Below are positions 61,094 to 64,000 of a DNA stretch of 64,000 nt, piece by piece (positions within the stretch are counted from its first letter, which is position 1; every line of letters begins with the position of its first letter). The notes beneath the pieces were generated by a model. It searched no databases, was not told the origin of the DNA, and saw nothing but the letters and a program-made list of their open reading frames with translations. The DNA is from Rhodothermaceae bacterium (lineage in GTDB: Bacteria > Bacteroidota > Rhodothermia > Rhodothermales > Bin80). The translations under genes and the position numbers were made by a program. The stretch is taken from positions 22,702 through 86,701 of the forward strand of contig VXLY01000067.1 in the NCBI GenBank assembly GCA_009841335.1, in the 5' to 3' direction.

Positions 61094-62815
61094 TCACTGA
61101 TAGGTAAGCGTAACAGTTGCTGAGGATCCTCCGGCAATCAATCTACATATGTATTGTCCGTGTGGGAGTGGCGAAGCGTCAAAGACGTAACTATATGCTC
61201 CCGGTGCATGAAATTCATTTGCCAGCACAGCTACTTCCTGGCCAAGTATGTTGAAGACGGTGATCTCAATATTTGTCGGGTGATCGAGTTGAATATCTAT
61301 CGTGGTGCTTCCACTGAATGGGTTCGGATAGTTGGGCAGCAATGTGAAGGGTAAGGCCGGCGATGAACCAGCGACATTCAGTTCAATGGCCCCAATAGGA
61401 GTCAAGTCCCTCCCATCGAAACCCTCAAAATCTGCACCGTACCGTAGCGCCCTGTACACAGCATTCTGGAGGCGTCGAGAGCCTGGAGGTCCAAACACGG
61501 GAATGACATCTCCCTGGGAGAGGGGCCCAGTCTGCACGACGGGATTGACATATTCCCATACCAATGCGTTCGATCCTTCCTCAAGCTCAAAGATGCGGCC
61601 AGTCATCCCCTCGGCAACTAAGGTGTTTCCATTGGGGAGGCGTTGTTGGCCTGAGACGAAATCGCTGAAAAACTCATTCGGTGCAGAGAAGCTCCAAACA
61701 GACTCAGGATCCTCGTAGGTCCCGTCTATTCCCTGTGCAAACCAGACTGCATTGCTATAGAGGTCTTCCATGTAAGGAAGCTTGAGCTCGTGTACGGTTG
61801 AGTAGTCGCCTTCCGGTTGCCCTACACCATTCTCAAATACCATGAGATTGCCTGCTCCCGGCAGGCCATCTGGAATCCACAATACGGAATGCAGAAAATG
61901 AAGCGTCTGATCGCTTTCCGTTCCCAAACCGTAATTCCGCGGATTCCCCCAGCGGTACAGAAGTCGTCCACCCAGCCCAAATGTTCCTCCTGTCTGCCCA
62001 CGCGCTTCCTCTGTTGAAGTGCTGTGATCAATTACCCATATCTCGTCAAGAAAAGAAGCACTGATCGCAATGATGTCAAGTTCCTCATTGAAATCCAGCG
62101 CATTGAAATGGAGCCAGTCTCCGCCAATCGATGTGTTCACATCAATGCGTTCTGGATAGTCGGAAATATTTTCAACATAAGTATCCAGTAGCGGCGCATG
62201 GTCTTGTGCGAGGTGGTCCCAGGAATCCCACTGCCAGACAATTTCTGCGCTGTCAGCCGGTATAGGCTTAAACTCTACGATACGTTCGCTCAGGATGATG
62301 TTCTGATCATCGGCGAGATTGTCCGGGTTGTATCCTGCAGCCAAGATTTCGTCCATATCGCGCACATCCCAGACGATTGCGAGAATGTTTCCGTTTGGCA
62401 GGGGGACCACGTCGTGGTGCAGCATGTACTCATCATTCACAAAGTCGTATTGCCATCGGATCGTTCCATCCCATTCTATGATTTCCACACGTCCGGCTCG
62501 GCCTTGGACGTTCGTCCACGATTTTGGGGATGCGGAAGCTCTGAGCAGGGCACCATCCGGCAACAGTCTGTTGGTAGCTCCAAATCCAGAATTAACCAGC
62601 CAGCGATGTACTGCCCGCCCCTCCATATCAACCAAGTAGACCGAGGGATGAAGCATTGGAGCAATCAGGGTATAGCCCTCAAAAGCTCCAGGCATGTTGC
62701 TCATGAGCCCGACGGTACGCTGTTGCGCCTGTACAGTGCCGGGTACAGAGAGCAGTATGAGGAGTAAGCAGGAAGGCATGGATAATCGCATCAGGATTAT
62801 GCTATTTCTGATCAT
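61094..62815 (-). CDS. Aryl-sulfate sulfotransferase-like beta-propeller with T9SS CTD
   Basis: LHHDVVPLPNGNIL, DWLHFNAL, LLYRWGNP, QRLPNGNTL; CTD NYPNPFS...FNILGQEV...GQYICRL. Confidence 0.8.
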   Translation of the reverse strand: MIRNSIILMRLSMPSCLLLILLSVPGTVQAQQRTVGLMSNMPGAFEGYTLIAPMLHPSVYLVDMEGRAVHRWLVNSGFGATNRLLPDGALLRASASPKSWTNVQGRAGRVEIIEWDGTIRWQYDFVNDEYMLHHDVVPLPNGNILAIVWDVRDMDEILAAGYNPDNLADDQNIILSERIVEFKPIPADSAEIVWQWDSWDHLAQDHAPLLDTYVENISDYPERIDVNTSIGGDWLHFNALDFNEELDIIAISASFLDEIWVIDHSTSTEEARGQTGGTFGLGGRLLYRWGNPRNYGLGTESDQTLHFLHSVLWIPDGLPGAGNLMVFENGVGQPEGDYSTVHELKLPYMEDLYSNAVWFAQGIDGTYEDPESVWSFSAPNEFFSDFVSGQQRLPNGNTLVAEGMTGRIFELEEGSNALVWEYVNPVVQTGPLSQGDVIPVFGPPGSRRLQNAVYRALRYGADFEGFDGRDLTPIGAIELNVAGSSPALPFTLLPNYPNPFSGSTTIDIQLDHPTNIEITVFNILGQEVAVLANEFHAPGAYSYVFDASPLPHGQYICRLIAGGSSATVTLTYQ

Positions 62816-62874
62816 GACTGTGTAGTTCGTTGAGGGGCTGCACCGCCCTTGGAAACTCTGTTGGATTTCAGAGA

Positions 62875-64000
62875 TTATTGATTGTTTGGATAGATCGGCA
62901 GCCGTTCAATACGATGAAACGTGATGCCATATCGTGCTTCAGGGTTGGGGATAGAGGCTTCATACACGACATCTTTCGTTTGGTAATCGACTTCAATTGT
63001 TTTGCCATTTGGGCCATCTTCCCAGTTAGCTCCCGGCATAAACACTACATTGTCTTCTTCAGGGTGATAATCGACGTCAGACACAATAGCTGAATAGGTC
63101 GTGGATCCGCGTTCTCGACCGTATTCCCAGAGCTGTTGAACGGTCATGGCATCATCATCGATTAGATATTCGACTGCACGGCTGAACACCGGTTGCCCTT
63201 GATAGTGACGATTGTCGCCATTGTCAAATACGAGCAATGTTCCGTGGGGGGTTAGTTTCGGGGCATGCTGATACCATGCCCAGGAGAACTCCGAGTGATC
63301 AATAAAGCCGTCAAGAACGGCAGGATCTGTGATTGGCTGACCATTTGAATCCAGCGGTTGCAGGAGTTTACTGTTAAGGTCCGTGCCATCACCGGCCGTA
63401 CCCCAGTTGTTGTGAGGTGCAAGGATCCAAATGACCTGATTGTCGCGTGTAAGCTTGACCGTACCCTGAACACGTCCAGAAACAATTATGGCGTCCTTCG
63501 CCTCATCGTATGCCAGACCATTGCCATGAAACCAATCCCGAGCGTTGCTACTCCAAACGCGTCGTCTTCGATTGAGAGATTCTCTAAGATCCCATTCCTG
63601 AACAATGTCACCGGTCTCACGATGAATCTCCAGGATATGATCTTCAACGGTTGCTAAACCATGCTTATTGACGGTGGCCAGCAGGTTACCGTTTGGGAGC
63701 TCCAAAACATTGTGATGGTATCCGTAGCCAGGCAAGGGCCATTCGTTGACCACTCTGCCCAACATATCCATTTCGACAATACGTCCGCTGCTACCGTCTC
63801 CAAAGTACAGGTTCCCATTTTTGAGTCGCTCAATACCTGCATCGTAGAACAGGCTTCCGAGTACGGGATGCGTACTCATATTTGCATACCAGCGGATATT
63901 GCCGTGTTGGTCAAACATGAACGGAATTTGAGGTAGACCGCTACCGCTGCGTCCGAAGAAGCTGACCAGATTCATGCCGGGCTTTTTTCGTTCGGTATTC
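62875..64000 (-). CDS. Aryl-sulfate sulfotransferase (ASST family), 5'-truncated by the window edge
   Basis: YHHNVLELPNGN, TVEDHILE, DWFHGN, SGR, YQHA, FDNGDNR, SRAVEY. The frame stays open from 63975 to the window end (NTERKKPGM). Confidence 0.85.
   Translation of the reverse strand, partial: NTERKKPGMNLVSFFGRSGSGLPQIPFMFDQHGNIRWYANMSTHPVLGSLFYDAGIERLKNGNLYFGDGSSGRIVEMDMLGRVVNEWPLPGYGYHHNVLELPNGNLLATVNKHGLATVEDHILEIHRETGDIVQEWDLRESLNRRRRVWSSNARDWFHGNGLAYDEAKDAIIVSGRVQGTVKLTRDNQVIWILAPHNNWGTAGDGTDLNSKLLQPLDSNGQPITDPAVLDGFIDHSEFSWAWYQHAPKLTPHGTLLVFDNGDNRHYQGQPVFSRAVEYLIDDDAMTVQQLWEYGRERGSTTYSAIVSDVDYHPEEDNVVFMPGANWEDGPNGKTIEVDYQTKDVVYEASIPNPEARYGITFHRIERLPIYPNNQ

Noticed and set aside
1-64000. 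Many 60-230 aa ORFs antisense to or out of frame with the called genes
   Set aside because: They are shadow ORFs with no motifs, overlapping well-supported genes.
1-64000. CRISPR arrays, tRNA/rRNA genes, transposases, prophage genes
   Set aside because: None recognised by eye. The repeats seen are protein-coding (FG-GAP, LRR, TPR) or the duplications described above.

Overview
Bacterial genomic window, moderately GC-rich and gene-dense. Gene content (T9SS C-terminal sorting domains, a PorV paralog, TonB-dependent receptors with no SusD, a sigma70-like promoter) suggests an FCB-group organism, probably Rhodothermota-like. A plant-type LRR protein hints at a host-associated lifestyle; both points are inference. 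Layout: (1) 1-13.3 kb housekeeping block: membrane protein, GNAT, hslU-NYN-hslV, dacB, mreC, mreB, purH, purN, LD-carboxypeptidase, WbqC, MscS. (2) 13.4-32.7 kb + strand uptake region: DUF4212/ActP-like symporter, lipoprotein, sodium/sugar symporter, then a promoter with a LacI-type operator ahead of a TonB receptor + T9SS-CTD cargo + PorV triad, followed by three CRTAC1/ASPIC-UnbV lipoproteins, a TPR lipoprotein and an alpha/beta-hydrolase that lacks its catalytic Ser and His. (3) A secreted plant-type LRR protein and a DUF488 gene flanked by a decayed duplicate of the DUF4249 3' end. (4) A ~23 kb - strand operon: four c-type-cytochrome DUF1549/DUF1553 lipoproteins, three TAT-exported DUF1501 proteins, a membrane cytochrome-LRR fusion, a sulfatase, a TonB receptor and DUF4249. 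It contains a tandem duplication with a 3231-bp period that left an in-frame 36-aa chimeric mini-ORF. (5) A perfect 37-bp palindrome resembling a Fur box ahead of a secreted CbiX-like protein, then two aryl-sulfotransferase-like genes. I found no rRNA, tRNA, CRISPR array or transposase. The best candidates for undescribed systems are the SusD-less TonB receptor/T9SS-cargo/PorV locus and the DUF1501/DUF1553 cytochrome-sulfatase operon. All family calls are from motif recognition by eye; no searches were run.
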